Shown here one piece after another: positions 1 to 9,530 of a stretch of DNA of 64,000 nt; within the stretch, counting starts at the first letter, position 1; each line of letters begins with the position of its first letter. Source of the stretch: an uncultured Pelagibacteraceae bacterium (GTDB lineage Bacteria > Pseudomonadota > Alphaproteobacteria > Pelagibacterales > Pelagibacteraceae); the NCBI GenBank assembly GCA_902578105.1, contig CACHBQ010000003.1, forward strand, positions 3,492 to 67,491, written 5' to 3'. The notes below the pieces were generated by a model. That model was not told the DNA's origin. It saw only the letters and a program-made list of their open reading frames with translations, and made no database searches. Position numbers and translations under genes: made by a program.

Positions 1-58
1 AAATGTAACCTGATCCATCAATTAAATAAAAATGATCTGTTTTTTTAATTTTTCCCAT
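1..58 (-). CDS. polA: DNA polymerase I, 5' end only (runs off window)
   Basis: Manual translation from ATG at 58: MGKIKKTDHFYLIDGSGYI, matching the LIDGSGY(IF) start of the Pol I 5'-3' exonuclease domain; not in ORF track. Confidence 0.85.
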   Translation of the reverse strand, partial: MGKIKKTDHFYLIDGSGYI

Positions 59-104
59 TAGAAATTAATATAGATTATAGACAGAAATAAGAGTATTATT
101 TTTT

Positions 105-656
105 ATGGAACTTATAAAGCAAAATACACAAGCCCAAATAATTAAATCAATACTTGTAATTTTTTTAGGTTCTGTGTTACTTGCTGTCTCAGCAAAAATT
201 AAAATTCCTTTCTATCCAGTTCCAATGACAATGCAAACTTTTGTAGTTCTTTTTATTGGAATAAGCTTTGGATATAAAATAGGTGTTGCGACAATTGGTT
301 TATATTTGATTGAAGGAATTGCAGGTCTTCCTGTGTTTTCAAATTCCCCAGAAAGAGGAATAGGTTTAGCTTATTTTACAGGTCCAACAATGGGATATCT
401 AATTGGATTTCTTTCAGCTTGTTTTTTAGCTTCTTTTGTAAAATTAAAAGATAATTATTTAATCATTTTCTCAAAACTTATACTTGCTGTATCAACAATC
501 TATATTTTTGGTATTTTGTGGTTAGGGACACTAATTGGATGGGACAAACCTATATTCGATTTAGGTGTTAAGCCTTTTCTATTAGCTGAAATATTTAAGA
601 TAGTTTTACTTGTACTTATTGCCAAGAAAATTTTTAAATTAAGAAAACTTATTTAG
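105..656 (+). CDS. bioY: BioY family biotin transporter
   Basis: PVPMTMQTF, GLPVFS and GPTMGYLIGF motifs; hydrophobic 183 aa. Confidence 0.92.
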   Translation: MELIKQNTQAQIIKSILVIFLGSVLLAVSAKIKIPFYPVPMTMQTFVVLFIGISFGYKIGVATIGLYLIEGIAGLPVFSNSPERGIGLAYFTGPTMGYLIGFLSACFLASFVKLKDNYLIIFSKLILAVSTIYIFGILWLGTLIGWDKPIFDLGVKPFLLAEIFKIVLLVLIAKKIFKLRKLI

Positions 657-1212
657 GTGATCTTTTAGATAAAATTCTTTGAAGAGTTCTTCGGTGCATT
701 TTTAGTCTTCTTGCTGTTTCTGAAACATTTCTGTTACACAATTCAAAAACTCTATGTATATGTTCCCATTTCACTCTATCTGCTGACATTGGATTTTCAG
801 GTGGAGCCGCTTTTTTAGCAGGATCAGCTAAAAGAGCTTTTTCAACATCATCTGCATCTGCAGGTTTAGCCAAATAATCGATTGCACCCTCTTTTATTGC
901 TGCAACAGCAGTTGGAATATTTCCATATCCTGTTAACATTATTATTCTACTATCAGGATTAGAGGTTTGTATTTGTTTTACAACTTCCAATCCATTACCA
1001 TCACCCAGTCTCAAATCAACAACAGCGAATGCTGGTTTTTTTGCTTTTACTGTATCAATTCCTTTTTGCACACCTTCAGCTTGAATAACTTCAAAACCCT
1101 TTTTTTCCATGGCCCTAGCCAATCTTTCTCTAAATGGATTGTCATCATCAACAATTAATAGTGATTTATTGTTGAAATCAGCTAAATTTTGTAATGCGCC
1201 TTCGTTTTTCAT
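649..1212 (-). CDS. regA: RegA/PrrA/ActR redox response regulator
   Basis: Receiver domain (VDDD, VDLRL, LTGYGNIPTAV) plus NVSETARRLKMHRRTLQRIL HTH; ATG 1212 preferred, frame open to 1239. Confidence 0.95.
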   Translation of the reverse strand: MKNEGALQNLADFNNKSLLIVDDDNPFRERLARAMEKKGFEVIQAEGVQKGIDTVKAKKPAFAVVDLRLGDGNGLEVVKQIQTSNPDSRIIMLTGYGNIPTAVAAIKEGAIDYLAKPADADDVEKALLADPAKKAAPPENPMSADRVKWEHIHRVFELCNRNVSETARRLKMHRRTLQRILSKRSPK

Positions 1213-1360
1213 ACGTCCAATATGGGAATTTTTTTCCACAATTCAATAGGTCATTATTTGCTTTACATTAGGTAAGTATTGAATTAATTGCTCGATTCAT
1301 TAAAGTTTTTTTAAATAAAAAGGCTTTTTTTTGTTAAATTTTTTTTGGGGGGCATGAAAA

Positions 1361-2545
1361 ATGCAAAAATTTAAGTCGGTTGAAGAACTAGTTAATCAAC
1401 TGAGGCCAGACAAACCGGTTTATTGTATTAGAAAGAAATCAATTCTTTCAGCTTCCAAATTTTTTCAAAAAAACTTTCCAGGTAAAATTCTATATGCTGT
1501 CAAAACAAATCCTCATCCTGAAGTAATTAAAACTTTATTAAAAAGCGGTATTAATCAATTTGATGTTGCCTCAGTGGAGGAGATAAAAGCAGTAAGAAAA
1601 TTTGATCAAGTATCTAAGTGTTCTTTCATGCACACAATTAAAAGTAGAGAAGATATAAGTGAAGCATACTTCAAATATGGAGTCAAAACATTTGCACTTG
1701 ATACTAAAGATGAATTGATAAAAATTATTGAGAGCACCAGCAATGCAAAAGATTTAGAATTATTTGTAAGGGCGGCTGTATCAAATGAACATGCTGAAAT
1801 TGACTTATCAAAAAAATTCGGTGCTATAAATTCGGAGGCGGCAGGACTTTTGAGATTAGTAAAACAACATTCAAAAAAGATTGGATTAAGTTTTCATGTT
1901 GGATCACAATGTATGCATCCAATTTCATACTCAAAAGGAATTTCCGAGATTGCAAATATAATAAAGAAAACAAAAATTGTTCCTGATTATTTAAATATAG
2001 GAGGAGGCTTTCCAACTATCTATCCAGATTTAATTCCACCCTCTTTAGAGAGTTATTTTGATGAAATTAAGAAAGGTTTAGAAAATTTAAAGATTGAAAA
2101 ATTACCAGAAATCATTTGTGAACCAGGTAGAGCCTTAGTTGCTGAAAGTGGTTCAACTATAGTTCGGGTTAACTTAAGAAAAAAACAAAAACTTTATATA
2201 AATGATGGAACTTATGGAACACTTTTTGATGCAGGAACACCGAATATTGTGTTTCCATCTAAAATGATAAAAGATAATTCAAACAAAATTATTTCAAAAA
2301 AATTAACTGCATTTGATTTTTATGGACCAACATGCGACAGCATGGATTATATGAAAGGACCCTTCCTGTTACCTAATAATATTAAAGAAAATGATTATAT
2401 AGAACTTGGTCAATTAGGTTCATACGGCCTGACCTTTAGAACACAGTTTAATGGTTTCTATTCTGATAAAATTTATGAAGTTGAAGATAATGCTATAATG
2501 AGCCTCTATAACAAAGACAGCAACAAAGATACTTTAGTTGCTTAA
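1361..2545 (+). CDS. speC: Alanine-racemase-fold PLP basic amino acid (ornithine/arginine/lysine) decarboxylase
   Basis: YAVKTN PLP lysine, FHVGSQ, IGGGFP, EPGR, GPTCDS motifs; substrate not determinable from sequence. Confidence 0.85.
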   Translation: MQKFKSVEELVNQLRPDKPVYCIRKKSILSASKFFQKNFPGKILYAVKTNPHPEVIKTLLKSGINQFDVASVEEIKAVRKFDQVSKCSFMHTIKSREDISEAYFKYGVKTFALDTKDELIKIIESTSNAKDLELFVRAAVSNEHAEIDLSKKFGAINSEAAGLLRLVKQHSKKIGLSFHVGSQCMHPISYSKGISEIANIIKKTKIVPDYLNIGGGFPTIYPDLIPPSLESYFDEIKKGLENLKIEKLPEIICEPGRALVAESGSTIVRVNLRKKQKLYINDGTYGTLFDAGTPNIVFPSKMIKDNSNKIISKKLTAFDFYGPTCDSMDYMKGPFLLPNNIKENDYIELGQLGSYGLTFRTQFNGFYSDKIYEVEDNAIMSLYNKDSNKDTLVA

Positions 2546-3588
2546 TGTCAAAAAATAAAAATCTAGGACATAATAGTAAAAAAGACTTTCTTAAAAATCC
2601 AGTTGAACATATAGATATTACATCTTTTGACTCTAGAAAAATTATTTCATCAATGGAGAAAATGTCATTTGTCTCTAGAGAAACTGCAAACGCAGCAAAT
2701 ATCTATAATGAAATGTTAAAAGATAAAGATTGTACAATTTTTCTAACTTTAGCTGGTTCGACCTCAGCAGCTGGTTGTATGAATATTTACAAAGATTTAG
2801 TCAAATACAATATGGTAGATGCAATCGTTGCAACTGGTGCTTCGATAATTGATATGGATTTTTTTGAGGCATTAGGATTTAAGCACTATCAAGGCTCTCA
2901 ATTTCAAGATGATAGCGAACTTAGAAAAAATTATATTGATAGAATATACGATACATACATTAACGAAGATGAATTACAAATTTGTGATAAGAAAATTTGT
3001 GAAATAGCTGATAAATTGGAGCCTAGAAGCTATACCTCTAGAGAATTTATTCACGAAATGGGAAAATATCTTAAAAAAAACTCAGTAAAGAAAGACTCTT
3101 TAATTGAAACTGCCTATGATCACAATGTGCCAATATTCTGTCCTGCTTTTACAGACTCTAGCGCTGGTTTTGGTTTAGTAATTCATCAAGAAAAAAACCC
3201 GAAATCTCATATTACAATAGACTCTATAAGAGAATTTCGAGAATTAACTGAAATAAAAATTAAATCAAAAGGTTCTGGATTATTTATGATAGGTGGCGGA
3301 GTGCCAAAAAATTTTATTCAGGACACAGTCATATGTGCTGAACTTTTAGGTAAAGAGGTTGAAATGCATAAATATGCTGTGCAAATTACTGTAGCAGACT
3401 CAAGAGATGGTGCGTGTAGCAGTTCAACTTTAAAAGAGGCAAGTTCATGGGGTAAAGTTGATGTCACGAAAGAACAAATGGTTTTTGCTGAGGCAACAAG
3501 TGTATTACCTTTAATTGCAAGTGATGCATATCATAAAGGCGAATGGAAAAATAGAGATAGAAAAAACTTTACAAAAATTTTTGGATAA
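2545..3588 (+). CDS. Deoxyhypusine synthase-like protein (SpeY/homospermidine-pathway candidate)
   Basis: CPAFTDSS, IGGGVPKN, EASSWGK (catalytic Lys); 1-bp overlap with upstream stop. Confidence 0.88.
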   Translation: MSKNKNLGHNSKKDFLKNPVEHIDITSFDSRKIISSMEKMSFVSRETANAANIYNEMLKDKDCTIFLTLAGSTSAAGCMNIYKDLVKYNMVDAIVATGASIIDMDFFEALGFKHYQGSQFQDDSELRKNYIDRIYDTYINEDELQICDKKICEIADKLEPRSYTSREFIHEMGKYLKKNSVKKDSLIETAYDHNVPIFCPAFTDSSAGFGLVIHQEKNPKSHITIDSIREFRELTEIKIKSKGSGLFMIGGGVPKNFIQDTVICAELLGKEVEMHKYAVQITVADSRDGACSSSTLKEASSWGKVDVTKEQMVFAEATSVLPLIASDAYHKGEWKNRDRKNFTKIFG

Positions 3589-3592
3589 AACA

Positions 3593-4468
3593 TTGCAATA
3601 TCTTTCAAATAAAAAAGGTTTTCTTGGAATAGATAATAAATTCAATTTTAAAGAAAAAGTTGTAATTGTTCCTTTTGGTCTGGAAAAAACTGTGAGTTAT
3701 GGCGGTGGGACTAAAAATGGCCCAAAAGAGATAATTAAAGCTTCACATCAAGTTGAATTATATGATGAGGAATTAAATTGTGAACCTTACAAAAAAATAG
3801 GAATTAAAACTTTAAAGCCTTTTAAGATTGATAAAAATATTAAAAAAGCTTTAAAAAAGATAGCTAGCATAAATAAAGAAATTCTTAATAATAAACTTTT
3901 TCCAATGACTTTTGGTGGTGAACATTCAATCACACCAGGATGTATTGTTCCATTTGTTAAAAAACATAAAAATATCTGCCTCTTACATTTCGATGCTCAT
4001 GCAGATTTAAGAGAAAGTTATAATGGTGAAAAATTTTCACATGCATCTGCTATTAGAAGATGTTTAGATTATAAAAACGTTTCAATAATCTCATTTGGAA
4101 TTAGAAATATTTCTAAAGAGGAGATACCTTTTTTAAAAAAAAATAAATCTAGAATTAGTATTTTTTGGGCAAAAGATAAGGCAAAATGGGATTTAAAAAA
4201 ATTTAAAAAACTAATTAAAAATAAGACTGTTTATCTAACTTTCGATGTAGATGGTTTAGACTCGAGTATTATGCCTGCAACTGGAACACCTGAACCTGGT
4301 GGTTTACTATGGGATGAAGTTTTAGATATAATTAAGATTGCAGCCAAAAACTCAAACATCGTTGGCGCAGATATAAATGAGCTCGCACCGATCAAAGGAT
4401 TTAATTCCTACAATTTTCTAGTAGCAAAACTGGCTTATAAAATATTATCTTATAAATATTTATATTAA
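3593..4468 (+). CDS. speB: Agmatinase / ureohydrolase
   Basis: GGEHSI, DAHADLR, DVDGLD, ATGTPEPGG motifs; TTG at 3593 just after the DHS stop preferred over ORF-track start 3515. Confidence 0.88.
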   Translation: MQYLSNKKGFLGIDNKFNFKEKVVIVPFGLEKTVSYGGGTKNGPKEIIKASHQVELYDEELNCEPYKKIGIKTLKPFKIDKNIKKALKKIASINKEILNNKLFPMTFGGEHSITPGCIVPFVKKHKNICLLHFDAHADLRESYNGEKFSHASAIRRCLDYKNVSIISFGIRNISKEEIPFLKKNKSRISIFWAKDKAKWDLKKFKKLIKNKTVYLTFDVDGLDSSIMPATGTPEPGGLLWDEVLDIIKIAAKNSNIVGADINELAPIKGFNSYNFLVAKLAYKILSYKYLY

Positions 4469-4470
4469 AT

Positions 4471-5019
4471 CTAAACCGGTTTAAGTGTTTTTAGCAGTAG
4501 TCTGAAAGGGATTAACATCATTAAAGCAACAAAAATTTTTACACTTAAATCTCCTAAAGACAACGTGATCCAAGGAATGCCTGTTCCATAAAAAGAGATT
4601 GAAAAAAATATAAAAGTATCAATTGTTGAACCTATCAAAGAGGAAGTTAAAGGTGCAACAAACCATTCTTTTTTTCTCAATTTATCAAAAATTTGAACAT
4701 CTAAGAGTTGAGCAACTAAAAAAGCCGTGCCCGATCCAATTGCAATTCTTATAGATATCAAGTCTGTGAAGTTTGTTGAGAATAAAAGTGTAAAGCTAAT
4801 ACCTATACCAAAACCAATATAGACAATTTTTCTAGCAACTATCTTACCAAAAGATCTGTTGGCTAAATCTGTGATCAAGAAAGCAATTGGATAGCTAAAA
4901 GCTCCATAAGTTAATATTTCTTCTAAACCATAATGTTTTATAGGGAACTGAACTAAATAATTAGATGCCAAAACAACTGCTCCCATTAAAAATGAGAGTA
5001 TAAAAAAAATTTTATTCAT
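4471..5019 (-). CDS. Queuosine precursor transporter (YhhQ/DUF165/VUT family)
   Basis: ASNYLVQ, YPIAFLITD, RIAIGSGTAFLVAQLLD, IDTFIFF motifs. Confidence 0.82.
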   Translation of the reverse strand: MNKIFFILSFLMGAVVLASNYLVQFPIKHYGLEEILTYGAFSYPIAFLITDLANRSFGKIVARKIVYIGFGIGISFTLLFSTNFTDLISIRIAIGSGTAFLVAQLLDVQIFDKLRKKEWFVAPLTSSLIGSTIDTFIFFSISFYGTGIPWITLSLGDLSVKIFVALMMLIPFRLLLKTLKPV

Positions 5020-5333
5020 TAAGCTGTCTTAGATTGAATTGATTTTTTTTGAAATGGAGACTTAATTAATAAACTTTTCTTCATCTTCTTTAATCTTGGA
5101 GATAAATTTTTATTTTTTACAGTCTTTAAAAACTCGTCAAAACTTCCTTTTTTATCAACAGATCTTACACCAGCATTACTTACAGTAAGTTTCATGCTTC
5201 TCTTTAAAAGTTCACTGGTAAATTTTACTTTTTTTAAATTAGGTAAAAATCTTCTCTTTGTCTTATTATTAGCATGACTAACATTATGACCTTTAAGAGG
5301 AATTTTGCCGGTAAGTTCACATTTTTTTGACAT
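5019..5333 (-). CDS. rpmB: 50S ribosomal protein L28
   Basis: CELTGK...[19 protein letters not shown]. Confidence 0.97.
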   Translation of the reverse strand: MSKKCELTGKIPLKGHNVSHANNKTKRRFLPNLKKVKFTSELLKRSMKLTVSNAGVRSVDKKGSFDEFLKTVKNKNLSPRLKKMKKSLLIKSPFQKKSIQSKTA

Positions 5334-5345
5334 AATATTTTCGAC

Positions 5346-5374
5346 TATATAAGGTGAGTTGATGATTGCGTCAA
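5346..5374 (-). promoter_or_regulatory. Putative sigma70 promoter of rpmB
   Basis: Minus strand TTGACG-17 bp-TATATA shortly upstream of the rpmB ATG. Confidence 0.5.
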
Positions 5375-5385
5375 GTTTATAAAAT

Positions 5386-6438
5386 TTAAGAAGTTGTTTT
5401 TTTTCCTATGATTTCACTATAATGTTTAACTCCATCTCTTATCAATAATTCCTTAAGCTCTTTTTTTATAAGGTTTACAATATTTGGTCCTCTGTATACC
5501 ATACCTGTATAAAGTTGAACATAACTCGCTCCAGCTAAAAACTTATTGTATGCACTTATTCCAGAGTCCACTCCACCAACTCCAATAATTTTAATTTTAT
5601 TACCAAGAGTTTTATAAAATTTATTAATCAGCATTGTAGATTTTTCTTCTATTGGTTTACCTGACAAACCTCCTTTTTGATGCTTTTGAATGTCATTTAA
5701 TTTATCTCGAGTAGAGTCAGAGGTGTTCGATAAAATGACTGCTTTTATTTTATTGCTTAAAAGAACATCAGAAATTTTGGGTATTTCCTTATCTTTAATA
5801 TCTGGTGAGACTTTTACTACAATTGGAATTTTTGAATTTAGTTTTGTTTTTTCACTATTAATTATATTTAATAAACTATTCAATTTTTCCTGATCATGAA
5901 AATTTCTCAGCTCTTCGGTGTTGGGAGATGAAATATTAATCGTAATATAGTCTGCAAATTCATGGAAGGTTTTTAAACATTCAACATAATCCTTCAATCT
6001 ATCATTTGTATCTTTGTTGGGACCTATGTTAATTCCAAGTAAACCAATTTGTTTATTACTTGAGATCCTATCAACAATGTTTTTTGCACCTAAATTATTA
6101 AAACCCAATCTATTAATTAATGCCTCATCTTCGACTAATCTAAAAACTCTTGGCTTGGGGTTACCATATTGTTTAAGAGGTGTAACTGTGCCCACCTCCA
6201 CAAAACCAAATCCCAATTTAAATAAAGAATTATAAACCTCAGCATTTTTGTCAAATCCTGCTGCCATTCCAATTGGATTTTCTATCTCTTTTTCAAATAA
6301 TTTAGTCTTAAATAAGTGGCTATTTTTATTTTTATCCAAAACATTTGGCACGAAATTAAATTTTAATGACTTTATTGCCAAACCATGGGCTGTCTCTGGA
6401 TCAAGTTTAAAAATTAGAGATCTTAAATTTGAAAACAT
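5386..6438 (-). CDS. pyrD: Quinone-dependent dihydroorotate dehydrogenase
   Basis: [30 protein letters not shown] motifs. Confidence 0.96.
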   Translation of the reverse strand: MFSNLRSLIFKLDPETAHGLAIKSLKFNFVPNVLDKNKNSHLFKTKLFEKEIENPIGMAAGFDKNAEVYNSLFKLGFGFVEVGTVTPLKQYGNPKPRVFRLVEDEALINRLGFNNLGAKNIVDRISSNKQIGLLGINIGPNKDTNDRLKDYVECLKTFHEFADYITINISSPNTEELRNFHDQEKLNSLLNIINSEKTKLNSKIPIVVKVSPDIKDKEIPKISDVLLSNKIKAVILSNTSDSTRDKLNDIQKHQKGGLSGKPIEEKSTMLINKFYKTLGNKIKIIGVGGVDSGISAYNKFLAGASYVQLYTGMVYRGPNIVNLIKKELKELLIRDGVKHYSEIIGKKTTS

Positions 6439-8000
6439 TATTTAATTTTATTTATTATAAGATCTTTAGTTTCTTTAACACCAAAAAAACTTATAAAAAA
6501 ACCCATTCGAGGGCCATTTTCGACTCCAAATACAACTTCATAAATTAATTTAAACCAGTCTCTCAAATTTTCTGAATACCCATTTTCTTTTCCTGTTGAA
6601 TAAATTAAAGTTTGAATTTCTTCGGGAGACATCTTGTCATTACATTTATCTAAGGTTGATATTAGAGCCTCTAGTGCTTTTTTTTCTATTTGATCAGGTA
6701 TTTTATATTTTTTTTTGGCTTTTATTACATCGTTAAAATATTTAATAGCATAACCAACTAGATTATCAAAAATGGGATGATCTTTTTCAGAAATATTTTC
6801 CTTATATTTTTTTACGAACTTCCATAATAATTCTTTATTTTCGGCATTACTTGTTTCTACAAGATTTAATAACATAGAAAATGACATAATCATTTTTTCT
6901 TTTGGGACACTACCATTATGAACATGCCATACTGGATTCATCAGTAACTGAAGCTCATCTTGAGTTTTAGCCTTTTCAATAAATTCCAAATATTCGTCTA
7001 CCGCTTTTGGAACTATCTCATTATAAAGTTTTTTAGCTCTTTTTGGATTTTGATACATATATAATGATAAACTTTCTGGTGAGGCGTACTCCAACCATTG
7101 CTCAATTGTTATTCCATTCCCTTTTGATTTAGAAATCTTTTCCCCTTTCTCATCCAAAAAGAGTTCATAAGCAAAACCAGATGGGTTTTTTTTTCCAATT
7201 AGTTTAATAATTTTAGTGGATAATATTGCACTTTCTATCAGATCTTTTCCGTACATTTCAAAATCAACATCTAACGCATACCATCTCATGGCCCAATCTA
7301 CTTTCCACTGAAGTTTACAATGACCATCTAATATGCTTGATTCTAAATCTTTACCTTTATTATCAAACACAATTTTAGACTTAGAATTATCAATTTTTTT
7401 AATTGGAATTTCCAAAACATGTCCTGTTTCTGGACAAATAGGAAGAAATGGACAATAAGTTTTTTGCCGTTCTTTTCCTAAAGTAGGCATTATGATATTC
7501 ATTATTCCATCGTAATTATCTAAAATAATTTGAAGTGTTGGATTAAAAAAACCCGATTTATACAATTGAGTAGAGCTCTTGAAATTATATTTAAAATTAA
7601 AATTATTTAAAAACTTTTTTAATTTCTCATTATTATGTTCACCAAAACTATTATATTTTTCAAAGGGGTCTGGTACGTCTGTCAAAGGTTTATGAAGGTT
7701 TTTTTCTAACAATTCTTTATTGGGTACATTGTCTGGTACTTTTCTAAGACCATCCATATCATCAGAAAAAGTGATAATTTCTGTTGGAAGATCAGTTAAT
7801 TGTTTTAACGCATTAACCATCATAGAAGTTCTAGCAACTTCTCCAAATGTTCCTATGTGAGGAAGTCCACTTGGGCCATATCCAGTCTGTAGTGTAATTT
7901 TACCTTTTTTTTCTAAAAAAGATTTTCTTTCTCTAAGCATTTTTTTTGCTTCAACGATTGGCCAAGAGCTTGTTTTTTCTAAGTTTTCTTTTTTTATCAT
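6438..8000 (-). CDS. lysS: Class I lysyl-tRNA synthetase
   Basis: GYGPSGLPHIGT (HIGH-like), KLQWKVDWAMRW, KISKSKGN. Confidence 0.95.
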   Translation of the reverse strand: MIKKENLEKTSSWPIVEAKKMLRERKSFLEKKGKITLQTGYGPSGLPHIGTFGEVARTSMMVNALKQLTDLPTEIITFSDDMDGLRKVPDNVPNKELLEKNLHKPLTDVPDPFEKYNSFGEHNNEKLKKFLNNFNFKYNFKSSTQLYKSGFFNPTLQIILDNYDGIMNIIMPTLGKERQKTYCPFLPICPETGHVLEIPIKKIDNSKSKIVFDNKGKDLESSILDGHCKLQWKVDWAMRWYALDVDFEMYGKDLIESAILSTKIIKLIGKKNPSGFAYELFLDEKGEKISKSKGNGITIEQWLEYASPESLSLYMYQNPKRAKKLYNEIVPKAVDEYLEFIEKAKTQDELQLLMNPVWHVHNGSVPKEKMIMSFSMLLNLVETSNAENKELLWKFVKKYKENISEKDHPIFDNLVGYAIKYFNDVIKAKKKYKIPDQIEKKALEALISTLDKCNDKMSPEEIQTLIYSTGKENGYSENLRDWFKLIYEVVFGVENGPRMGFFISFFGVKETKDLIINKIK

Positions 8001-8087
8001 GAATAATTCAACAAAATCTTTAATTAGCGAACTACTTAATTCTTATAGAGTTGAAATTTATTTACCATAAAATAATGTTCTTTCAAA

Positions 8088-9527
8088 ATGTCTAATTATA
8101 AAACAGTTTTTTTCACTCTTGGGATTCTTCAAATAATTCTCGGTATTTTTATGCTTGTTCCAATAATTGTACAATTTATTTATGGTCAAATAGATTCTTC
8201 TTTTTTTGGTGCAGCAATTGTTACAATTATTTTTGGAACCTTATTTTTTCTCTCCAATTTAGATCATGAAAAAAAACTTAATTTACAACAAGCATTCCTT
8301 CTAACTGCATTAGCATGGTTAAGTATTGCTATATTTGGTTCATTACCCTTTATATTCTCTAATTTGGAATTTTCAGTCACAAATGCCTTTTTTGAAAGTA
8401 TGTCAGGTATTACAACAACTGGTTCAACAATCATATCAAATTTAGAGAATATGCCTAAAGGGATATTATTTTGGAGAGCAATACTTCAATGGTTGGGAGG
8501 TATTGGTGTCATAGTGATGGCGATTACATTAATGCCCATAATGAATGTTGGGGGAATGCAATTATTCAAAATTTCAAACAATGATTCATCTGAAAAAATT
8601 CTTCCAAAGTCTAAAGAGGTTGCTCTAAGATTGATTTATATTTACTCTGGATTAACAGCGCTATGTGCAATCACTTACAATATTTTTGGAATGAACATTT
8701 TTGATAGTATTACACATTCGATGACAACTATAGCAACTGGTGGATTCTCTAATTATAATCAATCCATTGGTTTTTTTAATAGCTTAGCAATAGAAACTAC
8801 GGCTATGATATTTATTATTTTAGGAAGTGTTCCATTTATCGTGTACATAAAATTTTTGAATGGCAATAGGTCTATTTTTACATCAGATTCTCAAATCAAA
8901 ACTTTTATTAAGATAATATTTATATCGATTTTTATTTTATCGATTTATCTTACTTTAAATAATTCAAGTTCATTTGATTTAAGATCAATTTTCTTTAACG
9001 TTATTTCTATTCTAACCGGAACTGGTTATGTCAATGCTCAATTTGACAATTGGGGTAGCTTTCCTCTAGTATTATTTTTAGCTTTGATGTTCATAGGTGG
9101 CTGTGCTGGTTCAACAACATGTGGCATAAAAATATTTCGTTTTCAAATTCTTTATTCATTTGTAATTAATCAACTAAAAAAAATTATTTACCCTAAAGGT
9201 GTTTTTGTGTTGAAATACGATAAAAATCCAATTGATGATAAATTCATAGCATCGATCATTTCTTTTATTTACATGTACTTAATAATATTTTTTTTATTGT
9301 CCGCGTTATTATCTTTAAATGGACTTGATTTTATAACCGCAATTTCAGGTGCTGCGACCTCTATTTCAAATGTTGGTCCAGGTTTAGGATCAATAATTGG
9401 ACCTAATGGTAATTTTTCCTCATTACCAGATTTTTCCAAATGGATTTTAACAATCGGCATGATCTTAGGCAGACTGGAGTTATTTGCTATATTAGTGTTA
9501 TTTTTACCTTCATTCTGGAGGAATTAA
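8088..9527 (+). CDS. trkH: TrkH potassium uptake permease
   Basis: Four pore loops (FESMSGITTTG, ATGGFS, TGTGY, SNVGPG) and LGRLE. Confidence 0.95.
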   Translation: MSNYKTVFFTLGILQIILGIFMLVPIIVQFIYGQIDSSFFGAAIVTIIFGTLFFLSNLDHEKKLNLQQAFLLTALAWLSIAIFGSLPFIFSNLEFSVTNAFFESMSGITTTGSTIISNLENMPKGILFWRAILQWLGGIGVIVMAITLMPIMNVGGMQLFKISNNDSSEKILPKSKEVALRLIYIYSGLTALCAITYNIFGMNIFDSITHSMTTIATGGFSNYNQSIGFFNSLAIETTAMIFIILGSVPFIVYIKFLNGNRSIFTSDSQIKTFIKIIFISIFILSIYLTLNNSSSFDLRSIFFNVISILTGTGYVNAQFDNWGSFPLVLFLALMFIGGCAGSTTCGIKIFRFQILYSFVINQLKKIIYPKGVFVLKYDKNPIDDKFIASIISFIYMYLIIFFLLSALLSLNGLDFITAISGAATSISNVGPGLGSIIGPNGNFSSLPDFSKWILTIGMILGRLELFAILVLFLPSFWRN

Positions 9528-9530
9528 AAA

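Noticed and set aside
1240-1360. Possible speF-type leader RNA upstream of the decarboxylase
   Set aside because: Short, A/T homopolymer-rich region with no convincing stems
1354-1374. Six-codon ORF (MKNAKI) overlapping the decarboxylase start
   Set aside because: The GGGGGG SD-like run is 8 nt from ATG 1361 but only 1 nt from ATG 1354, so it is probably chance
2545-3588. DHS-like gene as an eIF5A hypusination system or eukaryotic transfer
   Set aside because: Bacterial DHS homologues are common, the context is polyamine synthesis and composition matches neighbours
6438-8000. Class I LysRS as an unusual archaeal-type gene
   Set aside because: Well known in many alphaproteobacteria
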